From: an uncultured Gemmatimonadota bacterium | GTDB lineage: Bacteria > SM23-81 | Reading direction: 5' to 3' | Length of the DNA stretch: 18,699 bases | Assembly (NCBI GenBank): GCA_964584035.1 | Contig: CAZOYL010000044.1 | Coordinates: forward strand, 1 to 18,699 | The notes under the pieces: generated by a model | Told to the model about the DNA's origin: nothing | The model's input: the letters and a program-made list of their open reading frames with translations, nothing else | Database searches by the model: none | Shown: positions 18,180 to 18,699 of the stretch, one piece after another | Numbering within the stretch: the first letter of the stretch is position 1 | Layout of the letters: each line of letters starts with the position of its first letter | Program-made: the position numbers and the translations under genes

Positions 18180-18219
18180 AAGAAAAACGGCGCGTTCTTT
18201 ATAGAACACGCCGTTTTCT
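18180..18219 (-). terminator. Rho-independent terminator downstream of tRNA-Asn
   Basis: Minus strand AAAACGGCGTGTTCT-ATAA-AGAACGCGCCGTTTTTCTT. The single imperfect pair is U-G only on the minus-strand RNA, and a U-tract follows. Confidence 0.8.
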
Positions 18220-18232
18220 ATTCATAATTAAG

Positions 18233-18305
18233 CTCCGGCGGTAGGACTTGAACCTACAACCTAGTGGTTAACAGCCACCCGCTCTGCCGATTGAGCTACC
18301 GAGGA
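18233..18305 (-). tRNA. tRNA-Asn(GTT) with a mismatched acceptor stem (possibly chimeric or non-functional); CCA not encoded
   Basis: TCCTCGG TA GCTC AATCGGCA GAGC G GGTGG CTGTTAA CCACT AGGTT GTAGG TTCAAGT CCTAC CGCCGGA G. D, anticodon and T arms pair; anticodon GTT at 18272-18270; U1-A72 and G73 present; pairs 4-6 are mismatched. Confidence 0.92.
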
Positions 18306-18319
18306 GTAAGGCGATTTAT

Positions 18320-18348
18320 TTTATATCAGAAAATCATATAAATGGCAA
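18320..18348 (-). promoter_or_regulatory. Sigma-70 promoter of tRNA-Asn
   Basis: TTGCCA (18348-18343), 17-nt spacer, TATAAA (18325-18320) with an extended -10 TG, ending 14 nt before tRNA base 1; AT-rich upstream. Confidence 0.7.
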
Positions 18349-18500
18349 TATGAAAAAATGATCTAATTAGCAAAAATGATTTAATTAACAGAGAGTGTAA
18401 TGTTAAATTGTTCCATTGCTTCATTGTTAAAAAATACTGCCGTACAGACATATTAATATAGAGAATAGAAACTGGCGAGTGGATAATGTAAAGTGGAATT

Positions 18501-18699
18501 TCAGAAGCGGTAACCGGCTTGTTTTACTTTTTTACGGTAATCATCGCCCCCCATATTAACTATCTTGCACATCTCATATACGCGGGAACGCAAGCGTATA
18601 CCTATCCGATCAACCAGGCTGTCATCTGCTTGCTGGTTAAAATCTTTCTTTTTAAAGTAAGAATTCCGTTTATCTTCTTCTTCTTCCCCGCTGTCAATA
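18501..18699 (-). CDS. C-terminal 65 aa of a DnaC/IstB-like AAA+ ATPase (enters from the right edge)
   Basis: Hand translation from 18698: IDSGEEEEDKRNSYFKKKDFNQQADDSLVDRIGIRLRSRVYEMCKIVNMGGDDYRKKVKQAGYRF*. The pattern LxDRIGxRxxSRxxEMCxxVxMxGxDYR is the DnaC/IstB C-terminal signature. Not in the ORF track. Confidence 0.8.
   Translation of the reverse strand, partial: IDSGEEEEDKRNSYFKKKDFNQQADDSLVDRIGIRLRSRVYEMCKIVNMGGDDYRKKVKQAGYRF

Noticed and set aside
17888..18181. 97-aa minus-strand ORF after the tRNA terminator
   Set aside because: TTG start inside the terminator U-tract, no SD, no motif; not integrase-like.
18053..18244. Stop-free plus-strand frame running into the tRNA 3' end (possible integrase remnant)
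   Set aside because: No early start codon, no recombinase motif, and it crosses the terminator hairpin.
18010..18244. ops-like sequences: GGCGGTAG (plus, 18237-18244) and GGCGGGTAG (minus, 18018-18010)
   Set aside because: The first is the tRNA antisense in the wrong orientation; the second is imperfect; no RfaH/NusG paralog in the window.
18669..18697. TTGACA-N17-GATAAA promoter-like motif on the minus strand
   Set aside because: Lies within the DnaC/IstB-like coding frame and the -10 is poor.
1..18699. CRISPR array, transposase, integrase or long repeat array
   Set aside because: None seen by eye; no regularly spaced repeats and no second copy of the tRNA 3' end in the window.

Overview
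Almost the whole window (709-17746) is one co-oriented, minus-strand Wzx/Wzy-dependent exopolysaccharide/capsule cluster of 13 genes, roughly 55-65% GC by eye. In transcription order: a minimal SLBB/Wza-like protein, Wzc tyrosine autokinase, Wzx flippase, an atypical SAM methyltransferase, an uncharacterised (alpha/alpha)-toroid-like protein, two GT4s, a TuaE/Wzy-like polymerase, a double-GT4 fusion, an ExoA-like GT2, a DegT/VioA-like aminotransferase, an NDP-sugar 4,6-dehydratase and a WecA-like priming transferase. The left edge holds the start of a GAF-domain signalling gene (missed by the ORF track) with a sigma-54-like promoter. The right edge holds the 3' end of a DnaC/IstB-like ATPase gene (also missed, about 42% GC) and a tRNA-Asn(GTT) gene with a sigma-70 promoter and terminator. 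The most striking anomaly is the tRNA: its acceptor-stem strands do not match (TCCTCGG vs CGCCGGA) and it sits at a compositional boundary, so it looks like a junction between two DNA sources (integration scar or assembly chimera). The best candidate for new biology is the coupled methyltransferase plus toroid-protein pair.
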